A stretch of DNA of 64,000 nucleotides, from NCBI GenBank assembly GCA_905178155.1, contig CAJINV010000017.1, positions 302,722-366,721 on the forward strand, read 5' to 3'. Below the pieces are notes generated by a model. That model was given only the letters and a program-made list of their open reading frames with translations, was not told the DNA's origin and ran no database searches. Source of the DNA: Amoebophrya sp. A120. Taxonomy: Eukaryota > Protista > Dinoflagellata. The position numbers were made by a program, and so were the translations under genes. Below are positions 24,101 through 33,324 of this stretch, in pieces. Each line of letters starts with the position of its first letter. Within the stretch, counting starts at the first letter, position 1.

Positions 24101-27100
24101 TACAAGTTCCAAAACACGATTGGAAATGGCTCTCATGGGGATGCGCATCACAAATGTTCCTGTCGTGGCAAATCTGCATGACAACTATGGCGTGGGTACG
24201 TTTTTACTCAGGATACTGCGACGTCGAGGAGCCGGACGAGGAGGCGTGTCCGAACGCGGCCGAGGGGCTATGCATTGCAAATATGTCTGGGTCTGGAATA
24301 AAAGTGGAATTTGAATTTGTATTGCGTGTCTTGCATTCCTAGAAAATCTGCGTTGCGTGAGCAGCAGCAGAGCCGCTTCCTTTGTCATGCGAAAACGCAA
24401 TTTGTAATGCGTGCTAGACATTAGAAAGCGTTTAAAAAACTTGCCATGCGTGGCTGCCATGGCAGGCGTTGCAATTAGCAGCGAGTCTGCATCACAGGTT
24501 TCCAGACCGAGACATATTTGCACTGCATAGGGGGGCCAGGATGACGATTGCGAAATTTACGATAAGGACGAGGTGAAGCCGGTGGCAGAGTTGTTCTTGG
24601 ACTTCAACACGATGGAGATCATCATCGAGCCCACGGCGGACAACTGCGAGTTTGTGCTGAAGTGCAGCTACGAGGAAGAGAAGTCCGAGGATAACATGAA
24701 TACCGTCTGGCGCGAAATCGAGGAGGAAGAAACCAGCATCTACTACATCACCCGCGATCCCATCGAATACGAGATCTACATGGAACCGTCCGACTTCTGG
24801 GAAGAAAATTTCCTCGGCACCGACGACTTGGTCCCCGTGGGCTTCGGCGCGGAGGAGCGTGAGGGGCCGTACCCGCGGCACGTCACGTTCAACATGGACT
24901 TCTACCAGATGACGCCAGGGAGGAAGCGGTTAATCGGGGCGGAGATGTCCTTAGGCGAATTCGACGACGACGATGCGGAAGTTGGGTACTGGCTATTGAT
25001 CACGTTTTACCAAAAGGAAAAATCCCCCCTCCCCATATCAAACCGAAGTTTCTGATGCTGGATTTGCGTACTCAAATCAGATCTGTCTTGCTGGCGAGGA
25101 CTGCAGGCTCCTGCCGAGCCTGAGTAGAGAGCTTTTGGCCTAGACGCTTAGCATGAGAAACGTCTATGCTGTAGGCCCAACAGCATGACAAACCGCCTGC
25201 ATAGTGCGGCAGAGCCTGCGGAGTTGTCTTCTTGCAAGACAGACTTGATTTGGGATCTCAAATCAGCAAGACAAATTTTCGGAAACATACCAACCTTTTC
25301 GATATGGGGAGGGGGGATTTTTCCGCTCAATACGTTTGCCGCCATGGACTGGCCCGACCTGATGAACAACTTCCAGCTCGGAACGCCGGTCTACATGGTG
25401 CTCTATGCGGTCGTGGGTCTCGCCTCCGTCTTTATGTGTGTTGCGGCCTGGTGCATGGTGCGGCTCGGGTCGAAGAACATGCGGCAGCCGCCCGTCGATT
25501 TGTTTGAGTCGTATGAGTTTATGCTCTTCTGGCCGCTCCAGGGGGTTTTGATCGCGTCCGTGCCGGTCATGGTCTTGTTCGGGATAATTGTAATGATCAC
25601 CGAAGTGGACCCCACCAGGACGGTGCCCTGCGAGTTCATCCGCCTCGACGAGATGGGTGCAATTGTGGATAAAAAATGTCTCCAGGGGAGGTCCGGGGTG
25701 TCGTTCTTCCTTGCTGGCTTCTTTATGCTCTGGTCGGGTTCGAAACTCATCGTCCCGAAGTTGCGGGTGGAAGAAAGTCAGTACTTGCTCACGCAAAACA
25801 CGGTGAGACTCACGACCACAGAACTCATCCCCGTTCCGCCCGCACAGAAGACTCTCGTGGAGCAACTCCCGATCCGGTGGAAGCGGTGCCACCTGATCTG
25901 GTGCTCGATGCTGATCACATTACCCCTGGTTGTAATGTTGGAGTTTTCCTACGCCGGATTTTTCGGAGAAAACGCCGTCGAATTTATCGTCGGATTTCGC
26001 GTGTTATGCATTGCAAAAGCATCGTACTCTGCAGTACCAATAGCACTTGAAAAAAATTAGAGCCTGTCATGCGCGATCACGTATAGAAAAAAAAGCAGAT
26101 CTACTGTCATGTCTTCCGACTGCTATCAGTACGAGCGCGATACTTTTGCACACTGGATAGCCGTTCATGATGTTCACGGAGGGAGTTTTGTCTAAAGCAG
26201 TTCGGGAAGCCCTGCTCGTCGGCCCGTTGTCCGCGGCCTGCGAGGTCGTGTTGTTTGTGGCAACAATGGGTGCCGATGATTTCATGGACTTCATTGACGG
26301 TTACTTCACCGAGTTGGTGCTGGCCATTGGGGAGCGGCTGTTGCTCGGATCGATCATCGCATTAGTGGACGAAACCGCGGCGGCTGCGATCAAGTGGGTG
26401 CGCAGCAGGGGCTGGTACTGGATGGTCAGGTCGATTTTCAAATCGGAACGAGTTGGCGGAAAGGGCGGAGGAATCATCTACAACGTGAATGACCCGGACG
26501 ATGCGGATTCTCAGGCCGAGGAAGAAGACGAAGAGGAGGAGGAAGAATACGAAAGGAGATTTCAATTCTGATATTTTTGTCCTGAGGCTGAGCTGATGTG
26601 CTTGTGACCAAAAGCTGCAAAGTGAAAGTTGAACTGCGTTGTTCCAATCTGATTCACTTATGGCTTGCTTTGCAGAATAAAGGAAAAGGCTACGATGATC
26701 CGCCGCTAGGGTCGTGACTACAAGTACTGACTTCTACTTTACACAGCTCATAACTTCACGAGCCAGCAGCAGCATTGGGCGTCCAGGATGAAAACTACGC
26801 ATTTCCTTTCCATACCCCGGACGAAGAGGAAGAAGAGGATATGGGATTCTCAAATGTTACATTCTCGGCTGTTACATGATTTACCATGCAGAATGGTCAT
26901 CGGCATCGGCGCGATAAAGCTGGCGCGCGTGACAAATTCAAAGTCTCGAAGGGGTAAGTAGCATGGAAGTCCCTTGCAAATTTGTATACGCAAGAGGCGC
27001 AAAGTACCCCCACCCAATTTTGCTACTCTTGCAGTGCAAATTCATGTAACAGCTGTGAGTGTAACGCTTGAAAAGTCCATAGAGGAGGAGGCGGTCGTGG

Positions 27101-30100
27101 AAGAGGCCATGGAGGAGCACATCGGTGGTGGTGGCGCGGTACGCATCGCAAATGTGTCTGTGTCTGGAATCACGAATCGCATTTGTGATGGTAACTTTCG
27201 ACTAAAGACAAAGACCTGCATTGCATAACAAGCAACAATGGAATGCACTAGATTGTTGCCGCTCGGACGAGGCGTTTCTCGTGCAGGATAGACATGAGCA
27301 AGTCTTCGCTTGTTTACCTCTGATGCTGGGACATGCATCACCGTCTTCGCGGGCGGTCATGTAAAATCTAAATCTGCATATACAATCTTCCAGAAGTAGG
27401 TTCAGAGTACATTTGCAATGCATATGCGGCCATGGCGTTGATCCTTTCGCCGATCGTGCTGGTCGCGATCTTTATCTTCCCGCTGACCACGGAAATCCCC
27501 GCGCAGTACGGAATCAGAATCGGGGACTTGATCTTTTACATGTTGTTCGGTATTCTGATGGCCCCGTTTCAGGTGATGATGGACATCATTCTGAACAACG
27601 CGGTGGAGATCCAGGCCGGGGTGAAGATCTTTGACTACATGATGTACGCGAAATACCGATGGAGGAACCGGTACTGACTTTATTTTTATTTGCGAGAATG
27701 AATTTGCTGGGCTCGCTAGCATCGATCTGCGGGTAGGAGGGGAGGGATCCAAAAATCGTGAGGTATCAAAGTGCGTCATACCGTGGGGAAAAGGCCTTCT
27801 TAATCGCCAAAATTACAATTTTCGTTTTGGACCCAAAACCGCGAGGGGGCAAAGTGCGTCAGAGCGTGCGGGGAAGCTGATGTTATTGTTGCGTTTTTTT
27901 GGGCTTGCTGGCACTCGGGAAGGCCGGGGTGGCCCAAAATCGTGAGGGGGCAAAGTGGCCGACAGCATCGGGGATAGGCTTTCCTAATCGCGAAATTTGC
28001 AATTTTTGTCCCGGGCCCAAAACCGCGGGGGGGCAAAGTGCGTCACAGCATGGGGAATAGCTCATCTTATTCCGAAAAATTGCTGGCGATGAGATTGGCA
28101 GGGGACCCAAAAATCGTAAGGTATCAAAGTGGGTCATACCGTGGGGGAAAGGCCTTCTTAATCGCCAAGTTTGCAATTTTGGTTTCGGGCCCAATACCGC
28201 GAGGGGGCAAAGTGCGTCACAGCGTGCGGGGAAGCTGATCTTATTGTCCCGTTTTTTTGGGCTCGGTGGGACTCGGGGAGCCCGGGGTGGCCCAAAATCG
28301 TGAGGGGGCAAAGTGGGCGATAGCATCGGGGATAGGCTCTCCTAATCGCGAAATTTGCAATTTTTGTCCCGGGCCCGAAACCGCGGGGGGGCAAAGTGCG
28401 TCACAGCATGGGGAATAGCTCATCTTATTCCGAAAAATTGCTGGCTTCGCCAGCAGCTGAGATTGGTAGGGGACCCAAAAATCGTAAGGTATCAAAGTGG
28501 GTCATACCGTGGGGGAAAGGCCTTCTTAATCGCCAAATTTGCAATTTTGGTTTCGGGCCCAATACCGCGAGGGGGCAAAGTGCGTCACAGCGTGCGGGGA
28601 AGCTGATCTTATTGTCCCGTTTTTTTGGGCTCGGTGGGACTCGGGGAGCCCGGGGTGGCCCAAAATCGTGAGGGGGCAAAGTGGGCGATAGCATCGGGGA
28701 TAGGCTCTCCTAATCGCGAAATTTGCAATTTTTGTCCCGGGCCCGAAACCGCGGGGGGGCAAAGTGCGTCACAGCATGGGGAATAGCTCATCTTATTCCG
28801 AAAAATTGCTGGCTTCGCCAGCAGCTGAGATTGGTAGGGGACCCAAAAATCGTAAGGTATCAAAGTGGGTCATACCGTGGGGGAAAGGCCTTCTTAATCG
28901 CCAAATTTGCAATTTTGGTTTCGGGCCCAATACCGCGAGGGGGCAAAGTGCGTCACAGCGTGCGGGGAAGCTGATCTTATTGTCCCGTTTTTTTGGGCTC
29001 GGTGGGACTCGGGGAGCCCGGGGTGGCCCAAAATCGTGAGGGGGCAAAGTGGGCGATAGCATCGGGGATAGGCTCTCCTAATCGCGAAATTTGCAATTTT
29101 TGTCCCGGGCCCGAAACCGCGGGGGGGCAAAGTGCGTCACAGCATGGGGAATAGCTCATCTTATTCCGAAAAATTGCTGGCTTCGCCAGCAGCTGAGATT
29201 GGTAGGGGACCCAAAAATCGTAAGGTATCAAAGTGGGTCATACCGTGGGGGAAAGGCCTTCTTAATCGCCAAATTTGCAATTTTGGTTTCGGGCCCAATA
29301 CCGCGAGGGGGCAAAGTGCGTCACAGCGTGCGGGGAAGCTGATGTTATTGTTGTGTTTTTTTGGGCTCGCTGGCGCTCGGGGGGCCCAAAATCGTGAGGG
29401 GGCAAAGTGGGCCATGGCATCGGGGATAGGTTTTCCTAATCGCGAAATTTGCAATTTTTGTCCCGGGCCCGAAACCGCGGGGGGGCAACGTGCGTCACAG
29501 CATGGGGAATAGCTCATCTTATTCCGAGATTTGTTGCATGTGGGATCGCTGATGTTATTCCGAGAATTTGCTCGGCTTGCCACAATCCCCAACCCCATGC
29601 CTGAAAAGTAAGGAAACCCAAAACCCCGTTGTATTTTGCCACGTTGTGCTGTGCCAAACCCCACCACAGGCTGGTCCGCTGGATGTTCGACGACCCGCGG
29701 TTCGATCGTACCGTGAACGAGACCGTGCAGTCGGTGAACCACCTGTGTTTCTCGCCGCAGTACTACTTCATCCAGTGCTACTTCACCTGGGGCATTGTGC
29801 TGATCATCCTGGCGATCACGGTCATGTGCCGCGCGCAGTTCAACCCGTTGGAGGACCCGGCGTTTGGGTACTTTATGCATTACAAATATGTCTGGGTTTG
29901 GAAGAATGCAAACTTGTGATGCGCCTTTCACAACACATACAGATCTCTCATGCATAGGCAGCAAGCGTTGCCCACTTTCTGTCACCAAAATGGGGTATTT
30001 GTCACGCGGATTCTGCATTGTGGAAGCAAAGCTTCTCGAAACCTGTGATGCTAGAGCTTCCATGCCAGACCTTCTGCGTCATGCAAAAACAGCATGACTC

Positions 30101-33100
30101 TTCCAGACCCAGACATATTTGCATTTGATATACTTCGTTTTGCAGCAGTTCTTCGCCAACAGGATGCTGGATAAGCTGGTCCGGTTATCGAAAGGAAAAA
30201 TCCCCCCTCCCCATATCAAAACGGAATTTCTGATGCTGGATTTGTGTACACAAATCAGGTTTGTATTGCAGAGAGGCACTGCGGCCAGATTCCCAGGCGC
30301 TAGGTAGGGGCGTATGGGTCTAGTTGTTCAGCATGGCAAGCGGGTCACTTTTAGGGCCAATAGCATGACATATCGCTTCCATAATGGGGCGGAAGCTTCT
30401 GCCCTTGTCTTCTTGCAAGACAAATGTGATTTGTGGCCCCAAGTCAGCAACGCAAATTTTCGGAAACGTACCGTCTCGATATGGGGAGGGGGGATTTTTC
30501 CTCTCAATACCGGTTCATTTCCTTTTTGATCTGGCAACCGCCGAAGGCCAGCGTCGCGGCGAAGAAGTTTTACCGGGAGGTGACGCGAAATTTGAAGGTA
30601 AAGCAGCAGGAATACCATTCCCACCAGTGGCGAAGCACGTTCTACAGGAAACACAAGCACTGGATCCTGCAGAACTTGGATTTGGTACAGCTAATTTAGG
30701 TTCTATTCAGACTTGTGATAGCAACAGCACTCACTGTCACATTGATTTCTTTTCAACCCATTCGCGAGGGTGGTGTGGTGGTGTTTTCATGCAGTGTATG
30801 GGTGGAGAAGGAGAACGAGGAGGAACACCACCACCAGCCCGGAGCGTTAAAGGCAGGTGGAAGATGTTGACCGGTAGTGCGACAGATTTTCCGTGAATGC
30901 GAGGGTGTTATGTACTTGTAGAAGAAAAAAACTTCACAAAACGTCTTTCTTTGCTTTGAAAATTGCAACTATGCGTGGATGTAGTAGAAGAAATCAAAAT
31001 CACGGGAATCAGGTGCGGTTTGAGGATGATCTCAACATGCAAAAACCGCTTCTGGCCGTAAACTCTGATTTTGCATCTAAAAACCAGCTGTATCAGCTGC
31101 GGATTCGGAAGGAAAATGGATACAGTTTCAGGCTCATGTCACCGAGCGGCGGATCCGGCAGCACGTCAGATTCCCTGAAGCCTCCACAATGCTTTGAAGT
31201 TGATGAGACGTCAATGTTTTGTCCTTAATAAAAATAAAATTTTAAAACTTCGCGGATTTGCTTCCGCGATAAAAATAAAATTTTGAAATTTCGCGGATTG
31301 GACTCACTACATTTCATGTTTCTCAACTATGAAATAAGCAAACGTCAAGGCGTGGGTGATGGTTCTGGTGACTCGTTCAGCGCTTTTATTGATTTTCGTA
31401 TCAATAAAAATAAAATTTTCAAATTTCGCGGATTGTTCTCCACGAAAATTGTTGAACTTCAAGCATAAACCACACCCAGATGCGTGCTGGAAGCGTATTG
31501 GCGAGTATTGATGAGCTCAAGTGAGCGCTTTGAAGCTGCTGGAGCTTGTTCGACTGGGGATAAAAGCTAAATTTTTAAATTTCGCGGATTTTCGACATGA
31601 ATAAAAATAAAATTTTGAAATTTCGCGGATTGGAACTCCCTATCCGACTTCTCGTCGCTGCGCGCCTACAAGCTCATTACCCTCGGTCGTCCTCATCGCC
31701 TCCTTCGATGCGGTGAAGAAGAGTGCTCACTTCGGACCAATTCCGAGCACACGCTCGGTTTTAGCTCGGAAATCGCACTTGCACGCCGGCGAAGCGATAT
31801 AGCGCAGTTTGTATGTGGGTTCTGTATACTAGGGTGGAGCTACTAGTACAACGTCACTGTTGTGCAAAAATCCACTTTGTTCATTCAGATTCGGAAAAAT
31901 TTAATATCATAGGTCTTCACTCCGCGTTCCATGCGCCGGTACCGCAACGTTCTGGATGACGCGTACCAGAAAGTTCTCAACCTTTCCGATGAGAAACAGT
32001 ACTCAGTGATTCGGCAGAAAGAAGAGAGAATAGAGACCGAAAACGTCGCCTCGCAGGACATGGTGCGCGATGAGGATCTGTCGGCGCTGATCAAGATGGG
32101 CCAGAAGAACCTACCCATTCTGGATATCGACCGACAGATGGCCGAGGAGGCTCTGGCACAGGAAAGGAAAGAGCAGTGGGCGTTGTACCCGATACCCGGG
32201 TTCAAGGAAGAGCGAATGGAAGAGGAAAAGGTAGAAGATTTGCATAGTAGTTTTTTTTTCCTCTTATTTTGCATATATTTATGAAAAACACAAAGTGACA
32301 CTTGTAATTTTCTTTCTTGACGACCTTGTTGGTTTCCAATCTATCAGGCAAAAATTACGCGAAAAAAATCCACCTCCATCAGATCATGCCTCTCGCCGGT
32401 CTGTCTCTCGTGTCCTGGCTCCGGACCGCGCGCAGACACGTGGAGATGCTTCGATTGGCCGAAAAGTGGCGCACGGAAACAGAGCTGCTGGACTACTGCG
32501 AGACGTGCGGTGTCCGTGGGGACGATCCACGGGCGAATCAAGAGAACGATTCCCCCTGGGCGCCACTTGGGCCGAAGCTGAGGATGTACGATTTCCACGA
32601 CTTACCCGCGTTAGTTGCGAGGTTCGAGGAAAGGTATTGCGGTCAGTCGAGCGAGGATTTGATCGACCAGGCGGACATCCAAGCGCTCGGACTGCCCGGT
32701 GGAGATTTGCCAAAGGAAATCTTGGCCATGACGCTAGAGTCGAATTCGGTAATCGATCCGTATGCCGCCAGTCTCAATCCCAACGCCGCGCAGATGGAGG
32801 AGGAGAAGGGAGTAGAAGGGAAGTTGGCCGATATCTTCAAGAAAAAGGAAAACGAGATGGACGCCGAGACGAAGGAACAGCACCGGCAGTACGTCGAGGA
32901 GATGCAGAGACAGGCAAACGAGGTCTTGCAGAAAAAACTCGATCAGGGTGGCAACACGGTGGACGGCGCCATGTACAACGGGGCGACATTCAACCCGCTG
33001 CTGTGGAAGCAGTATCTCACTAGGCAGCATCTGTTCGCGACGTTGTGCTGGCGGTGCGGACATGTTCTCGGTTTGGTAAGAACCCCCACGGCGTCTGTCG

Positions 33101-33324
33101 CATCGGAAGACGCGGATGAGCCCGAGGATCCGGAGATGAGCCGGCAGCTGATGAGCTCCGACAGCGACGAGGACGAAAACGTCGACGAAGTCGCGGAGGT
33201 CTTCCCGGAATGGCTGGAAGTGCACATTGCGGCGAAGACACGCGAGCAGATGTTGCTGTGGAGTCGGTTGGCCAAACAGAACCTGCGGGAAAGGAAGAGG
33301 TTGGCATTGATGGACAAGACGTGA
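144..33324 (+). CDS. Giant multi-exon surface/membrane protein (>8,200 aa, 5' end outside window): IPT/TIG repeats, ShK-like module, GCC2/GCC3 cysteine repeats, C-terminal multi-pass TM region; CRMP-like architecture
   Basis: 25 exons join in one frame: 144-491, 651-1842, 2100-2195, 2352-3540, 3755-6076, 6232-7400, 7729-9157, 9424-9478, 9810-11276, 11492-12774, 12958-15941, 16200-18658, 18828-23936, 24221-24268, 24535-25007, 25338-26004, 26165-26547, 26820-26839, 27087-27139, 27430-27670, 29670-29873, 30136-30185, 30515-30684, 31913-32246, 32348-33324. Junctions can slide within the 5-bp repeats. The sum is 24,722 nt = 2 + 3x8,240. IPT motifs (e.g. PNRGIWSGGTPLEVLGDFF...CRFG...TCVAP), CPxGxYC repeats and hydrophobic helices near the C-terminus. 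Confidence 0.85.
492..645. mobile_element. Introner-like TIR element, family A
   Basis: TA...TA ends, TIR, perfect flanking repeat GGAAG. Removal gives EGEE-DYEND in frame. Confidence 0.9.
1843..2094. mobile_element. Introner-like TIR element, family B
   Basis: TIR TATCAA.TGCAAAAATGTCTGGGTCTGGAA, perfect repeat ACATC. Removal gives KKTTS-APIM. No AG acceptor is possible. Confidence 0.9.
2196..2346. mobile_element. Introner-like TIR element, family A
   Basis: TIR present, repeat ATAAC/AGAAC (4/5), frame restored. Confidence 0.85.
3541..3749. mobile_element. Introner-like TIR element, family C
   Basis: TIR TATCG...AAAAAA.TGTTTCACTGTAA, perfect repeat GAGAG. Removal gives MRGE-QSHQ. Confidence 0.9.
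6077..6226. mobile_element. Introner-like TIR element, family A
   Basis: Perfect repeat ACGCA. Removal gives FPNA-TRIT. Confidence 0.9.
7401..7728 (+). other. Canonical GT-AG intron
   Basis: AG|GTAAGT...AAACAG|G joins SWTR-YEPWC in frame. Confidence 0.85.
9158..9418. mobile_element. Introner-like TIR element, family B
   Basis: TIR, repeat GAGTC/AAGTC (4/5). Interior is similar to 44095-44357. Frame restored. Confidence 0.9.
9479..9804. mobile_element. Introner-like TIR element, family D
   Basis: TIR with AAAAATCCCCCCTCCCC / GGGGAGGGGGGAT, perfect repeat AGGAG. Removal gives PRG-DAYLR. Confidence 0.9.
11277..11486. mobile_element. Introner-like TIR element, family C (opposite orientation to 3541)
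   Basis: Perfect repeat GCAGG. Ends and interior are reverse-complementary to 3541-3749. Removal gives APQ-GTRDY. Confidence 0.9.
12775..12952. mobile_element. Degenerate introner-like element, family A
   Basis: TACGCATTGCAAAAG...CTTTTGCA..CATA. Flanks GCCGC/TCCTA have diverged, but removing element+5 nt restores the IPT domain frame. Confidence 0.75.
15942..16194. mobile_element. Introner-like TIR element, family B
   Basis: 26-bp perfect TIR TATCAAATGCAAAAATGTCTGGGTCT, perfect repeat GTCCC. Removal gives NVEVP-AVYV. Confidence 0.92.
17750..23170 (+). other. GCC2/GCC3 (ephrin-receptor-like) cysteine-repeat region of the giant protein, in three clusters split by Cys-poor inserts
   Basis: Repeated CPxG(Y/F/H)YC and C..CPxGT motifs in ORFs 16183-19569 and 18824-23944 (e.g. 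CPRGHYC, CPAGVYC, CPAGSYC, CPLGWYC, CPAGFFC). Confidence 0.8.
18659..18822. mobile_element. Degenerate introner-like element, family A-related
   Basis: TACGCATTGCAAAA...TTTTCGCCGAGGATA, flanks GATGA/ATTGA. Explains the frame change between ORFs 16183 and 18824. Confidence 0.75.
23937..24215. mobile_element. Introner-like TIR element, family E
   Basis: 24-bp perfect TIR TATCCTGAGTAAAAACGTACCCAC, perfect repeat CTGCG. Same 279-bp length and highly similar to 41559-41837. Confidence 0.92.
24269..24529. mobile_element. Introner-like TIR element, family B
   Basis: TIR, flanks GGGGC/GGGGG (4/5). Frame restored into QDDDCEIY. Confidence 0.85.
25008..25332. mobile_element. Introner-like TIR element, family D
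   Basis: Perfect repeat CGTTT. Removal gives LITF-AAMDW. Confidence 0.9.
26005..26159. mobile_element. Degenerate introner-like element, family A
   Basis: TIR recognisable, flanks CGTGT/GCCGT. Removing element+5 nt restores the frame (GFRx-FMMF). Confidence 0.8.
26548..26814. mobile_element. Highly degenerate introner-like element (singleton family H)
   Basis: TACGAAAGGAGAT vs ATTTCCTTTCCATA ends. Flanks AAGAA/CCCCG are unmatched, yet removing element+5 nt continues the poly-Glu tract in frame. Confidence 0.6.
26840..27081. mobile_element. Introner-like TIR element, family F
   Basis: About 40-bp imperfect TIR TATGG..TT.TCAA..GTTACA.TC.C.GCTGTTACATGA, perfect repeat GAGGA. Confidence 0.85.
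27140..27424. mobile_element. Degenerate introner-like element, family B
   Basis: Flanks CGCGG/TGCGG. Removal gives GGA-AMALIL. Confidence 0.8.
27671..29669 (+). other. Canonical GT-AG intron (2 kb) containing a satellite
   Basis: CG|GTACTG...CCACAG|G joins WRNR-LVRWMF. Confidence 0.8.
27745..29530. repeat. 368-bp tandem repeat (about 4.8 copies) with internal ~184/~92-bp substructure
   Basis: Identical ORFs recur at 28355/28723/29091 (period 368). Each unit has four CCC...AAAGTG-headed subunits in an A-B-A'-B' pattern. Confidence 0.95.
29874..30130. mobile_element. Introner-like TIR element, family B
   Basis: Perfect repeat TACTT. Removal gives FGYF-VLQQF. Confidence 0.9.
30186..30509. 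mobile_element. Introner-like TIR element, family D
   Basis: Perfect repeat CCGGT. Removal gives KLVR-FISFL. Confidence 0.9.
30685..31912 (+). other. Canonical GT-AG intron
   Basis: TTG|GTACAG...TCATAG|GTC joins NLDL-VFTPRSM. Confidence 0.75.
31227..31632. repeat. Five dispersed copies of a ~31-bp AT-rich motif ATAAAAATAAAATTTT.AAATTTCGCGGATT
   Basis: Copies at about 31227, 31269, 31403, 31560 and 31600, inside the intron. Confidence 0.85.
32247..32347 (+). other. Probable canonical GT-AG intron (donor position uncertain)
   Basis: AT-rich gap between ORFs 31931 and 32317. The phase-1 donor CATA|GTAGTT and acceptor TATCAG| give DLH-SKNYAK. Confidence 0.55.

Larger units (their letters stand above)
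25380..30540 (+). other. Multi-pass transmembrane region of the giant protein
   Basis: Successive hydrophobic segments across spliced exons (VYMVLYAVVGLASVFMCVAAW, GVLIASVPVMVLFGIIVMI, VSFFLAGFFMLW, ALILSPIVLVAIFIFPL, YFTWGIVLIILAITVMC). Confidence 0.75.

Noticed and set aside
27800-30063. Repeated short ORFs on both strands
   Set aside because: Products of the 368-bp satellite inside an intron.
31227-31632. CRISPR-like array
   Set aside because: Spacing is irregular, the repeats are degenerate, there are no cas genes and the context is a eukaryotic intron.
144-33324. Cluster of separate genes or a pseudogene disrupted by transposons
   Set aside because: Exons up to 5 kb have no stops and every junction restores one frame. 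Random inactivation would not give this.
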